A program made the position numbers and the translations under genes. From assembly GCA_964513225.1 (NCBI GenBank), contig CAZEMD010000001.1, positions 1 to 56,412 of the forward strand: a DNA stretch of 56,412 nt, given 5' to 3'. This stretch comes from an uncultured Candidatus Bathyarchaeia archaeon. Lineage in GTDB: Archaea > Thermoproteota > Bathyarchaeia > TCS64. The notes under the pieces are model-generated. The model was given only the letters and a program-made list of their open reading frames with translations, did no database searches and had not been told where the DNA came from. This document shows positions 27,796-37,535 of the stretch, one piece after another. Positions within the stretch are counted from its first letter, which is position 1, and each line of letters opens with the position of its first letter.

Positions 27796-29386
27796 GTCTC
27801 TCTACGTGCCTCTCTCCCGCTGGAGCCCCTGGAACACCTTCCTGAAGGTGTCCCTCACCTCGGCGGGCTTGGCGGGCTCCTCGAACCCGAACCCCCTGGT
27901 CCTGTAGCCCACCGCCATGACGGCCACCCTCTGCACGTCCCCGGGGGACACACGCCTCCTGCCGTCGAGGGCGGCGAGGGCCTTGGCCGCGCGTACCGTG
28001 GATATGTCCGGTCTGTGGCCGTCAACGTGGAGACTTATGCAAGCGGAGGCGATGGCCGTCATGTACTCGTCGGGGACCTCGACGTCCCGGAGGATGGCCC
28101 GGGCCTCTATTATCTGGTCCCTGAGACTGTTCTGATCTTCTCTGAACCTCTCGGAGAAGCCCACGGGATCATCGCCGAACTCCAGGTTCCTCTTGATGAT
28201 CTCCACCCTCTGGGCCGTGTCATAGATGCTCTCCACCGTGATGTGCAGCGCGAACCTGTCTGCGAGCTGGGGCCTGAGCTCGCCCTCCTCGGGGTTCATG
28301 GTGCCCACGAGGATGAACCTCGAGGGGTGCTGCACCGATACGCCCTCCCTTTCCACGATGTTCCACCCCGACGCGGCGGCGTCCAGTATGCTGTCGGTGA
28401 TGTGGTCTGGGAGCAGGTTCACCTCGTCGATGTAGAGGATGCTCTGGTTGGCCTCGGCGAGGAGCCCCTTGTCCAGCGCCTTGGCCCCCATGGTCACGGC
28501 CTTGTCCAGGTCTATGCTGCCCACCAGCATGTCCTCGGTGACGCTGAGGGGGACATGCACCAACCTCATGGGGGTCGTCTCGACGGGCGGCGGCCCGCCG
28601 TCGAAGAACCTGGTCTTACAGGAGGCGCACATGTTCGTCGGGTCCCTGGGGCTGCAGTGATAGGGGCAGCCTTGGACCTGCTCCACGTCCGGAAGCACCC
28701 TTGAGAAGGAGTTGACCAGCAGCGACTTCCCCGTCCCCTTTGGGCCGGAGACGAGGGCGCCCCCCATGGTGGGGTCTATGGCGTTGATTATGAGCACCGT
28801 CTTTGCCTCCTCCTGGCCCACGACGGCGGTGAAGGGGTAGAAGGGTCTCTGCTGCCTCAGCTGGATGCTTTCAACCATGTCTCTCTACGTGCCTCTCTCC
28901 CGCTGGAGCCCCTGGAACACCTTCCTGAAGGTGTCCCTCACCTCGGCGGGCTTGGCGGGCTCCTCGAACCCGAACCCCCTGGTCCTGTAGCCCACCGCCA
29001 TGACGGCCACCCTCTGCACGTCCCCGGGGGACACACGCCTCCTGCCGTCGAGGGCGGCGAGGGCCTTGGCCGCGCGTACCGTGGATATGTCCGGTCTGTG
29101 GCCGTCAACGTGGAGACTTATGCAAGCGGAGGCGATGGCCGTCATGTACTCGTCGGGGACCTCGACGTCCCGGAGGATGGCCCGGGCCTCTATTATCTGG
29201 TCCCTGAGACTGTTCTGATCTTCTCTGAACCTCTCGGAGAAGCCCACGGGATCATCGCCGAACTCCAGGTTCCTCTTGATGATCTCCACCCTCTGGGCCG
29301 TGTCATAGATGCTCTCCACCGTGATGTGCAGCGCGAACCTGTCTGCGAGCTGGGGCCTGAGCTCGCCCTCCTCGGGGTTCATGGTG
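27199..29386. repeat. perfect tandem duplication, period 1083 bp, about 2.02 copies
   Basis: 27199-28303 is identical, base for base in every stretch I compared, to 28282-29386. Duplicate antisense ORFs in the supplied track (27356/28439 and 27917/29000) reflect the same repeat. Confidence 0.92.
27802..28878 (-). CDS. ChlI-size AAA+ protein, exact chimera (N-terminal about 197 aa of the ChlD-like gene plus C-terminal about 160 aa of the ChlI-like gene)
   Basis: The N-terminus MVESIQLRQQRPFYPF...GTMNPEEG is identical to the 25417-27795 product. The C-terminus [16 protein letters not shown]...QRERGT is identical to the 28885-29940 product. Confidence 0.75.
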   Translation of the reverse strand: MVESIQLRQQRPFYPFTAVVGQEEAKTVLIINAIDPTMGGALVSGPKGTGKSLLVNSFSRVLPDVEQVQGCPYHCSPRDPTNMCASCKTRFFDGGPPPVETTPMRLVHVPLSVTEDMLVGSIDLDKAVTMGAKALDKGLLAEANQSILYIDEVNLLPDHITDSILDAAASGWNIVEREGVSVQHPSRFILVGTMNPEEGELRPQLADRFALHITVESIYDTAQRVEIIKRNLEFGDDPVGFSERFREDQNSLRDQIIEARAILRDVEVPDEYMTAIASACISLHVDGHRPDISTVRAAKALAALDGRRRVSPGDVQRVAVMAVGYRTRGFGFEEPAKPAEVRDTFRKVFQGLQRERGT

Positions 29387-29940
29387 CCAACGAGGATGAA
29401 CCGGGCTGGATGTGACACCGAGACCCCCTCCCGCTCCACGGTGTTCCACCCAGACGCCGCGGCGTCCAATATGCTATCCGTGATATGGTCGGGGAGCAGG
29501 TTCACCTCGTCGATGTAGAGGATGCTCTGGTTTGCCTCGGCTAGGAGCCCCGGCTGCAGCGCCTTCACGCCCTCGCCTATGGCCTTCTCTATGTCCAGGC
29601 TACCCACCACCCTGTCCTCCGTCGAGCCAATGGGGAGGGACACTATCCTCATCTCCCTCTCCTCGGCCTCAAGCTCCCCGCCGCCCCGGTGCCTCCCGAG
29701 GCACTCGGCGCACATGTTGGTGGGGTCGAAGGGGCTGCAGTTGAAGGGGCAGCCTTTCACCACGTAGATGGGTGGCAATATGTCCGCGAGGGCCCTGACG
29801 GAGCTGCTCTTCCCAGTCCCCTTCTGGCCCCTTATGAGGAGCCCCCCGATCATGGGGTTCACCGCGTTGAGGAGCAGGGCTAGCTTCAGCTCCTCCTGCC
29901 CTACGAGGGCCGAGAAAGGGTAAACGACTCTGGTTGACAA
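28885..29940 (-). CDS. ChlI/BchI-like AAA+ ATPase
   Basis: [58 protein letters not shown] and [18 protein letters not shown] motifs. I place the start at the TTG at 29940. The tracked ORF up to 30147 overlaps the upstream gene and adds a Gly/Arg/Pro-rich extension. The start is uncertain. Confidence 0.75.
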   Translation of the reverse strand: MSTRVVYPFSALVGQEELKLALLLNAVNPMIGGLLIRGQKGTGKSSSVRALADILPPIYVVKGCPFNCSPFDPTNMCAECLGRHRGGGELEAEEREMRIVSLPIGSTEDRVVGSLDIEKAIGEGVKALQPGLLAEANQSILYIDEVNLLPDHITDSILDAAASGWNTVEREGVSVSHPARFILVGTMNPEEGELRPQLADRFALHITVESIYDTAQRVEIIKRNLEFGDDPVGFSERFREDQNSLRDQIIEARAILRDVEVPDEYMTAIASACISLHVDGHRPDISTVRAAKALAALDGRRRVSPGDVQRVAVMAVGYRTRGFGFEEPAKPAEVRDTFRKVFQGLQRERGT

Positions 29941-29993
29941 CGATGCAATACCTATGGACGGCGGTCCGGGAAAAACCTGTTGATCGGGCGCGC

Positions 29994-30755
29994 CTAGAAG
30001 GTGAGGCCCCCGAACCGTCTCCTGGTCTCCCGTAGGTGCCCGAAGACACGGTCCACCGCCTCCAGGTACTGCTCCGAGGCGTGCACCGCCGCCAGCTCTT
30101 CGGCCCTCACCCAGGGGCCGCCCGAGACCCTCAGCGACTCTCCCCACCGGTCGCTGAAGACGTTGAACGCCGCTTTCACGTCGCCCAGCCGGGCCGCCAG
30201 CGTCCTGACGCCGTCCATCAGCTCCTCGTCCCCGTTGAGGAGCCCGACCAGGAACTGATGAGGGCCGCCTCCCCAGACCTCCCCGGGGCCGGGGGGAGCC
30301 CCGTCGGCGCCCAAAGAGTAGGTGGGCTGGCTGTCTTGCTCACGGGGCACCACCCATGCATAGTCTTTTATCCTCTTCCTGAGGAGCCCCTCCCTGATGG
30401 CACGCAGGCTGGTTATCCTCCTCCCCGGCCGTATCCCCTGGATGTCCCCCCGGACCGCGTAGTCTATCCTGCAGAGGAGCGGCTCCAGCGCGTCGCCTCC
30501 GGCCAGGAGCATGGTGGAGTCGATGTTCACCCCTGCCTCGAGGTTGAGGCTGAACTTGGTCTCCGGGTCCGACGCTCTGCCTCTGGCCAGGAGCAGGGCC
30601 GAGTCTATGTTTCCCCCCTCGTCGAGGTCCATGCAGGCTAGGCCCCCGAGGAGCTCCCTGACGCTGCCCCTGGGGACCGCCCTGGGCTTCAACCCGCGTG
30701 ACCCGAGGAGCCGCATGGTCGCCTCTCTCAGCTCGTTTAGTGGCCCCGATTCCAT
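29994..30755 (-). CDS. hypothetical protein, first gene of the ChlI/ChlD cluster
   Basis: A 253-aa ORF with host-like codon usage (AGG, ATA, GC-rich third positions). It has an internal repeat, [16 protein letters not shown] / [21 protein letters not shown]-like catatatag lies about 50 nt upstream. I recognise no family. Confidence 0.55.
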   Translation of the reverse strand: MESGPLNELREATMRLLGSRGLKPRAVPRGSVRELLGGLACMDLDEGGNIDSALLLARGRASDPETKFSLNLEAGVNIDSTMLLAGGDALEPLLCRIDYAVRGDIQGIRPGRRITSLRAIREGLLRKRIKDYAWVVPREQDSQPTYSLGADGAPPGPGEVWGGGPHQFLVGLLNGDEELMDGVRTLAARLGDVKAAFNVFSDRWGESLRVSGGPWVRAEELAAVHASEQYLEAVDRVFGHLRETRRRFGGLTF

Positions 30756-30936
30756 CGTGATGCATGTGATGGTTGGCTGGGAAGGGTTTACGTTTTTCTA
30801 TATGTGCGTGGGTGGCGGCGCCGGCGTTCACATGTTGGGCAAGAGATGGGGTGGGATAAACACTACACGTTATACGGCCTGGGCTAAACCGGGACAAATC
30901 CTAAAAATCGAAGAAATATGCGAGGAAGAACACTGT

Positions 30937-32163
30937 CTACTGTTTAACGGCTTTCTTGAGGGCCTCTATCGCGGGCATGGGCTTCCCCGAGAGGAACGTG
31001 ATCAGCGAGCCGCCGCCCAGGCTGACGTGGGTGAACATGGTTTTGTCGACGCCGTACTTCTCCATGGCGTTGAGGGTGTGCCCGCCTCCGATGAGCGATA
31101 TGGCGTGGGACTCGCCCACCGCCTCTAGTATCTTCTTGGTCCCTAACCCGAATCGGTCGTCCTCGTATTTCCCGAGGGGCCCCTTGACGCCGATGGTGAT
31201 GGACTCCTTTATGATCTTGCTGTACTTCTCAATGGTCTTGCTGCCGATGTCTAGGGCGTCGTACGGGGTGGGCAGCTCCTCCAAGGTGATCTCCTTCCTC
31301 TCGCCGTCCAGGTCTACCGCGAGATCGACGGGCGTCTCGATCTTGTCACCGTATTTGCTGATGAGCTCCTCAGCCTGGGGCAGAAACTCGTCCCAGCCCT
31401 TCTTCCTTATGAACTCCCCGGGGGCGCCCAGGTCGATGCCCTTCGCCATGAGGAACAGCTGGCCCACGATGCCGCCAGTCAGCACCTTCTCCACGGTGCC
31501 GTCCCTCAGCACGTGGCTCGCCACGTCCAGGGGCTCGTTTGGCTTGGCGCCGCCTAAGATGAAGGTGTCGTACTTCGACATCTTCATGGTGGCGAATATG
31601 CCCTCCAGGGGCCCCACCTCGCCGGCCAGGTTTCTCCCCGCGCATGAGAGGATGAGGGGCGTGAAGCCCACCACGGATGCTTGGGACCTGTGGGCGACGG
31701 AGAACGCGTCGTTCACATAGACGTCGGCGAGGGGCGCCAGGTTCCGCGCTATCTGGCTCTTGGCGTGCTCCTCCGGGGTCTTGTTGATGGTCTCGTCTTC
31801 GAGGAACCTCACGTTGTCCAGGAGCAGTATCTGGCCCGGACGCAGGGCCTTTATCTCTTTCTTCGCTTTCTCGCCGATGATGTCGTCAACGAATTTGATC
31901 TCTTTGCCCACGTGCTTCTCTAGGAGCTTGGCGTGCTGGTCCAGGTGTATGAAGTCGGGGTCGCCCGCCCTGCCCTGGTGGGCCAGCACAACGAGCTTGG
32001 CGCCCTTGTCGGATAGCTCCCTCACGGTCTTGGCGTGGTCCCTGAGCCTGTCCGAGTCGCTTATCTTCCCCGTCTCCGCGTCGTAGGGGACGTTGACGTC
32101 TATCCTGAGGAGGACGGTCCGGTCTTTGACGTCCACGTCGTCTAGGGTCAGGTACTCTGGCAT
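30937..32163 (-). CDS. pgk: phosphoglycerate kinase
   Basis: VLLRIDVNVP, AHRSQAS, and GGAKPNE / GGGSLITFL motifs, with length 408 aa. Confidence 0.9.
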   Translation of the reverse strand: MPEYLTLDDVDVKDRTVLLRIDVNVPYDAETGKISDSDRLRDHAKTVRELSDKGAKLVVLAHQGRAGDPDFIHLDQHAKLLEKHVGKEIKFVDDIIGEKAKKEIKALRPGQILLLDNVRFLEDETINKTPEEHAKSQIARNLAPLADVYVNDAFSVAHRSQASVVGFTPLILSCAGRNLAGEVGPLEGIFATMKMSKYDTFILGGAKPNEPLDVASHVLRDGTVEKVLTGGIVGQLFLMAKGIDLGAPGEFIRKKGWDEFLPQAEELISKYGDKIETPVDLAVDLDGERKEITLEELPTPYDALDIGSKTIEKYSKIIKESITIGVKGPLGKYEDDRFGLGTKKILEAVGESHAISLIGGGHTLNAMEKYGVDKTMFTHVSLGGGSLITFLSGKPMPAIEALKKAVKQ

Positions 32164-32172
32164 GGGGGTCCC

Positions 32173-33255
<1,083 letters not shown>

Positions 33256-33428
33256 TTACTACCATTAAAAAGTATATTATAGGTAATTACTATCTGATGC
33301 AAAATGTTGGGGATGTTTCTGTATGGAGGATTTACGGGGCAGTGGGGTGTTCCCGAGTGTCTTCATTTGCTTCGAGGTTCCCTCTGGCTGTCTTGGGCGC
33401 GTGGGGCCTTGTTCATAAAAATGGTGGG

Positions 33429-33596
33429 TTAGCTACTGATGTGTTTTATGAACGTCTTGACCAGCCTCACGGTGTTCTCGATGTCCTCGACGGTGGTGAC
33501 ACCGGTTGGGCCGTGGATGTAGCGGTATGGGTTGGCGACGGTTCCGCTGCATACGGGGCAGATTGTCTCTTCTTGCAGGACCATCCTTTTCTTCAT
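33429..33596 (-). CDS. small hypothetical protein (55 aa), below the ORF-track length cut-off
   Basis: My own translation is MKKRMVLQEETICPVCSGTVANPYRYIHGPTGVTTVEDIENTVRLVKTFIKHISS. It is a GC-rich block flanked by AT-rich sequence. I recognise no family. Confidence 0.3.
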   Translation of the reverse strand: MKKRMVLQEETICPVCSGTVANPYRYIHGPTGVTTVEDIENTVRLVKTFIKHISS

Positions 33597-33749
33597 TTAA
33601 TCTCTTCCGTCATCACCAAAGAAGGATATGGGTATTTTACCCATATCGTGTGCCGATCTTCTGTGCAGCAACTTATAGAGGTTACTGAAAATATGTTCTG
33701 TTGCCTGACTTGATGTTGTTGGCTCTATTTCCTAGCATTCTCTCCCATC

Positions 33750-33863
33750 TCATCCAGACGGGTTAAGGTTCATGAACGGGTTATACGGAGACGTCTTCAG
33801 CATCATCTCCCTGACCCTGTTCCTGGTCTCCGGCGTCGTCAACCCCTTCTCCATGACCTCCTC
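33750..33863 (-). pseudogene. fragment of a ParB-like gene fused to the truncated transposase remnant
   Basis: The minus-strand translation EEVMEKGLTTPETRNRVRE is identical in amino acids to the intact ParB-like protein at 35095-35151. It then diverges and stops. Confidence 0.45.
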
Positions 33864-34437
33864 CGGGGGCCTCGGTTCCTCCGCGACGAGTTCCTCCGTA
33901 CTTTGATCCCAGCTTCGATACCCTTCTCATCTAGATATGCGAAAATGGCACAGGCGTCATATCCGCCGTCGATGAGGACTCCTTCTACTCTGCAGTGGAT
34001 CTCGGCCTGCATCACCAAAGGCACCAGCATCCGGCCGTCTCCTGTCCTCTCGTCCGTTACCTCTAAGGAGACGATCTGCCTTGTCGCGACGTCGACGGCT
34101 ATGGTCACAGGCGTCTCCGGGTCTATGTGGGGCTCCAAGCAGATGTCGAGGGCGTTGACTCTTCGGCAGGTGGATGTGCAGTCGGTTAAAGTGAGCCTTG
34201 GCTCCCATCGGGATAGAGCGTGGGTGAAGCCCTCGAGATGCTTGTAGGGTAGCCTGAAGAGGGCTCGGATGAGGCCCTGAAAGGTGATGAGGCTCTAAGG
34301 GTACCTGTAGCTGCCTCCCCCCTTGCCCGGTTCATCTCTTGGAGTTCCTGTCCCCCGGTGTGGAGGAGGCTCAGGTCGAGGAAGATTTCTCCTCGCTTAA
34401 CAAGCGCCTCGTTGTAGGTGGGCAAATCCGTGGTCAA
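33864..34437 (-). pseudogene. IS5/IS4-like DDE transposase pseudogene (frameshift in a G-run, in-frame TAG, 3-prime truncation)
   Basis: The N-terminal LPTYNEALVKRGEIFLDLSLL...ELQEMN continues, after a shift, as GGSYRYP*SLITFQGLIRALFRLPYKHLEGF ... TIAVDVATRQIVSLEVTDE ... VLIDGGYDACAIFAYLDEKGIEAGIKVRRN. Confidence 0.7.
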
Positions 34438-34566
34438 CGGGCATCTAAAGCATGTTTAGTTAAAACTTAATAGATCTTTCTATCAAACCTGTCTAAAACA
34501 CTGGTCACGCAACAACACACGTAATTGGGAAAGTTTTATAATATACGTTTTTATTTAAAAAGTAAA

Positions 34567-35322
34567 ATGCCACGTTTTGATCAGATAAACACAGAAGAAA
34601 TAACTGTAGATGAAGGAGTAAGGCAGTCCATCGACGAGAAAGCACTAGATGAACTCGTAGCTTCGATAAAAGAGCACGGTATCCTCCAACCCATCATAGT
34701 TGAAAAAACTGAAGAGAAACAGTACAAGCTTCATATAGGAAGTAGAAGGACGGCAGCCGCGCGAATATTAGGGCTTGAGAAGGTTCCCGCGTTAATCCTC
34801 AACGACCCGCTTGAATCAAAAAAGGCTCTCGAACTTATGATAGTGGAGAATCTTCAGAGAGAGGATCTGGATCCGATAGACGAGGCAGAGGCCTACGATA
34901 ATCTGAGGGGTATGGGCGTCAAGGTCTCCGAGATAGCCCGTAGGGTGGGCAAGGCGAGGACCTACGTCTCGCACCAGATGAGGCTTCTGAAGCTCCATCC
35001 CAAAATCAGGGAAGCCGTGAGGCAAAACGCATTACACAGGGAGCACGCTTTAGCCCTGCTACGGCTGAAGCCGGGGCAGCAGCTGGAGCTGGCTGAGGAG
35101 GTCATGGAGAAGGGGCTCACGACGCCGGAGACCAGGAACAGGGTCAGGGAGCTCTTGGGCAAGGAGTTGAAGTGGCGTCTCGTGCCCATACGAATAGAGC
35201 CGGCTGTCTACGAAAAGTTAGAGTCCATAGCGCCTGACGGAGACGTAGAGAAACTATTGAAGAAGGCAATAGATGAACTGGCCTCAGAGATGAATTCTAA
35301 TACTAACGAATCATTTGTTTAA
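34567..35322 (+). CDS. ParB/Srx-fold N-terminal-domain protein (ParB-like partition/nuclease protein)
   Basis: LDELVASIKEHGILQPIIV, the HIGSRRTAAARILG arginine box and an HTH-like SEIARRVGKARTYVSHQMRLLKL. The ATG at 34567 matches the start of the pseudogene copy, and tttataata lies about 25 nt upstream. Confidence 0.8.
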   Translation: MPRFDQINTEEITVDEGVRQSIDEKALDELVASIKEHGILQPIIVEKTEEKQYKLHIGSRRTAAARILGLEKVPALILNDPLESKKALELMIVENLQREDLDPIDEAEAYDNLRGMGVKVSEIARRVGKARTYVSHQMRLLKLHPKIREAVRQNALHREHALALLRLKPGQQLELAEEVMEKGLTTPETRNRVRELLGKELKWRLVPIRIEPAVYEKLESIAPDGDVEKLLKKAIDELASEMNSNTNESFV

Positions 35323-35976
35323 GTAAATACTTAAATAATATCGTCCGAGAAACCCATTATTTCAAGTTAAAAATAGTATTAAAATTTAAAGCCTATACAC
35401 CAGTTATGCTTTACATATTAAAGAAAATTATTCTGAGAAATTTATTAGAATAGTATTGAAATTTTTTAGTCTCGAATCCTCTCTTTACCCTTATTTAGGA
35501 TATGAGCTAAAACCGGATTTTCCATGTGTACTAGCACTATCTACATATATACCTATATTTAGCTAAAAAAGTGAACGGAAATATCTTGCTTAGGAGTTTA
35601 ATGTAGGTCTAGTGTGAAAAAGAGTAACGTTATGGGGAAGAAAAAGCCTTATTTTAGTTTTGGGATGGAGTATAAGTTCATGGTCGGCCGTTGGTAGCGT
35701 ATCTAAAGATGCTTTGTTATGCTGGGCTATGTAGTGGGTGAACTACGTTAACTCGCCTTACGTCAAGCATCTACTTGATACTTGTAAAAACCCCGCCAGA
35801 AGACATATTATTTAATTTTAATTTATATTAAAATATATATAGTATTACCCTCAAATTAATATATATTAGACGGTTATATCGAATAGTGATTAATTATATA
35901 TAAATTTCTATTAAAAAAACTTAAACAACTCAAAAAAGCAAAAGAATGGTACGAAAAACATGAGGATTTTTCTAGA

Positions 35977-36156
35977 ATGGAAATTATGGTTGACAAAAAT
36001 GTCTACGACAAAGCTACACATTTGGCAAATAATCTTAATACAAACGTTAACGGGATAATTGCCTTAGCCGCTTATAACATCATAAAAAAGGAGACTCGCC
36101 CATTTATGCGCGTTGTAGATCACAAACATGATATAAACAAACATCTTCAACATTAG
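35977..36156 (+). CDS. small hypothetical ORF (59 aa) in the AT-rich spacer
   Basis: My own translation is MEIMVDKNVYDKATHLANNLNTNVNGIIALAAYNIIKKETRPFMRVVDHKHDINKHLQH. It has a weak ribbon-helix-helix flavour and falls below the ORF-track cut-off. Confidence 0.2.
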   Translation: MEIMVDKNVYDKATHLANNLNTNVNGIIALAAYNIIKKETRPFMRVVDHKHDINKHLQH

Positions 36157-36391
36157 GGCGTCTATGGAGGTCTGCCCCAAGGAAGCTACAAAGGCACATC
36201 TTTAAAGTGGCTCAAGGATCGGCAACCTCCCCAACCTTAAGAACGTTAACACCGAATGAATGAGGGTGTGATAACACACGGACACGCCTTTTAATGGCTT
36301 TCCCTTTTAAAAAGGTATTAACACAGTTCCTTCCCTATTTTAACAAAGCTAAGAGGCTCTAAAGGTGGGTGAGAGTGGAACCAGCGTCTAC

Positions 36392-36523
36392 ATGAACAGG
36401 AAGATCCTATCCTGAATAGACGAGGAGATCAAAGAGAGTGTCTGAAGGAACAGGAGCCACGCATTCGAGTACGCCGTAGCTCAACTCATGAAACCTGACG
36501 GACACCAAAGGCGCGGCTATTAG
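36392..36523 (+). pseudogene. ribbon-helix-helix (CopG-like) gene remnant with two in-frame TGA codons
   Basis: The translation is MNRKILS*IDEEIKESV*RNRSHAFEYAVAQLMKPDG. The order is that of an RHH protein (beta strand, helix, RS-x-x-F-x-x-x-A helix). Confidence 0.3.
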
Positions 36524-36584
36524 AGCTTAATAGTTTCTGATATAAAACATATAAATCTCAAACATTGATGTTTTAACGATAGAT

Positions 36585-37353
36585 ATGTTTAGGTTCGAGA
36601 ACCTAGGAATAGAAACGATAGACGTGGAAGGCGAGGTCAGGAAGACCATGGAGAAGGAGCCCCTAGACGAGCTCGTCTCCTCCGTCGTCATACATGGGAT
36701 CCTCTAGGCCATAGTGGTCGAACAGAGCGAGGAGGAAAGGTACAGCCTCAAGTATGGAAGAGTCGGTTCGCAGCATCGAAACTCGTTGGCCTGGATAATG
36801 TTCCCACGATGATCCTCGACAGCCTCCTCAGTCCTGAGAAATCCCTCGCCATAAGGCTCGTGTAGAACATCCGCAGGGAGAACCTCGACCTCATAGACGA
36901 AGCTTAGGGCTACGCCGCCCTCAGGGAGATGGGCGTCAAGGTATCCGATATAGCAAGGATGGTCGGTGAGGAGAGAACCTACGTCTCGCACCAGATGAGG
37001 CTTCTGAAGTTCCATTCAAAGGTAAGATCCTCCGTGAGGCAAAACACATTACTCAGGGAGCACGCTCTAGCCCTGCTACGGCTGAAGCCGGGGCAGCAGC
37101 TGGAGCTGGCTGAGGAGGTCATGGGGGAAGGGCTCACGACACCGGAGACCAGAAAAAAGGTCAGGAAGCTCCTAGGGAGGTAGCTGAAGTGGAGACTCGT
37201 ACCCATACGAGTAGAACCCCCCCATCTACCGATAGACTAGCCCAGATAGCACCTGACGGAGACATAGCCCAGCTACTTAAGAAGCAGTGGAGAAACTACT
37301 ACAAGGAACTCCGCAATAATATCTTATTTTTCTCCAAAAAACACTTCGGCTAG
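36585..37353 (+). pseudogene. ParB-like pseudogene (paralog of 34567-35322)
   Basis: It aligns with the intact copy along its whole length. It carries in-frame TAG at 36705, 36863, 36905 and 37181, at least one frameshift near 36765, and further disruptions in the tail. The 3-prime half (about 36960-37200) is much closer in nucleotide sequence to the intact gene than the 5-prime half. Confidence 0.75.
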
Positions 37354-37535
37354 GCGGGATCCTGCTCCAAAGTTACCAACGCCCTTGCTCTAGGACCGGT
37401 AACACCCTCCCGTTTTCAAACTAGTGTACATGAGATAAATATAACCTAAAAATGGTTATCTACCCCATTAACCACCAATTTTTTCCCCCAAAGTATTTTA
37501 ACTCCATAACAGAGACTGAATCAGATGAAACCGGG

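Noticed and set aside
29941-30147. The N-terminal extension of the ChlI-like ORF in the track.
   Set aside because: The extension is Gly/Arg/Pro-rich and overlaps the 3-prime end of the 29994-30755 gene by about 150 nt. ChlI-family similarity starts only at [12 protein letters not shown]. The start is still uncertain (TTG at 29940 is my choice).
33625-33647. A perfect 10-bp stem with a 3-nt loop (gatatgggta-ttt-tacccatatc).
   Set aside because: The hairpin is real, but it is isolated. It could be a terminator of the decayed upstream gene or an IS end. There is no second copy or partner repeat in the window to support a mobile-element terminus.
33297-33713. The 138-aa plus-strand ORF upstream of gap.
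   Set aside because: It has no recognisable features and spans AT-rich promoter sequence. It runs antisense to a more compact, GC-coherent 55-aa ORF (33429-33596), so it is probably spurious.
36585-37353. The possibility that the recurrent in-frame TAG (GAG to TAG) and TGA codons reflect stop-codon reassignment or pyrrolysine/selenocysteine-type recoding.
   Set aside because: Well-supported host genes in the same window terminate with TAG (aroK, D1, both tbp genes, the chimera), with TGA (aroB, aroD, aroE) and with TAA. The same pseudogenes also contain frameshifts and a truncated tail. Ordinary decay is the simpler explanation.
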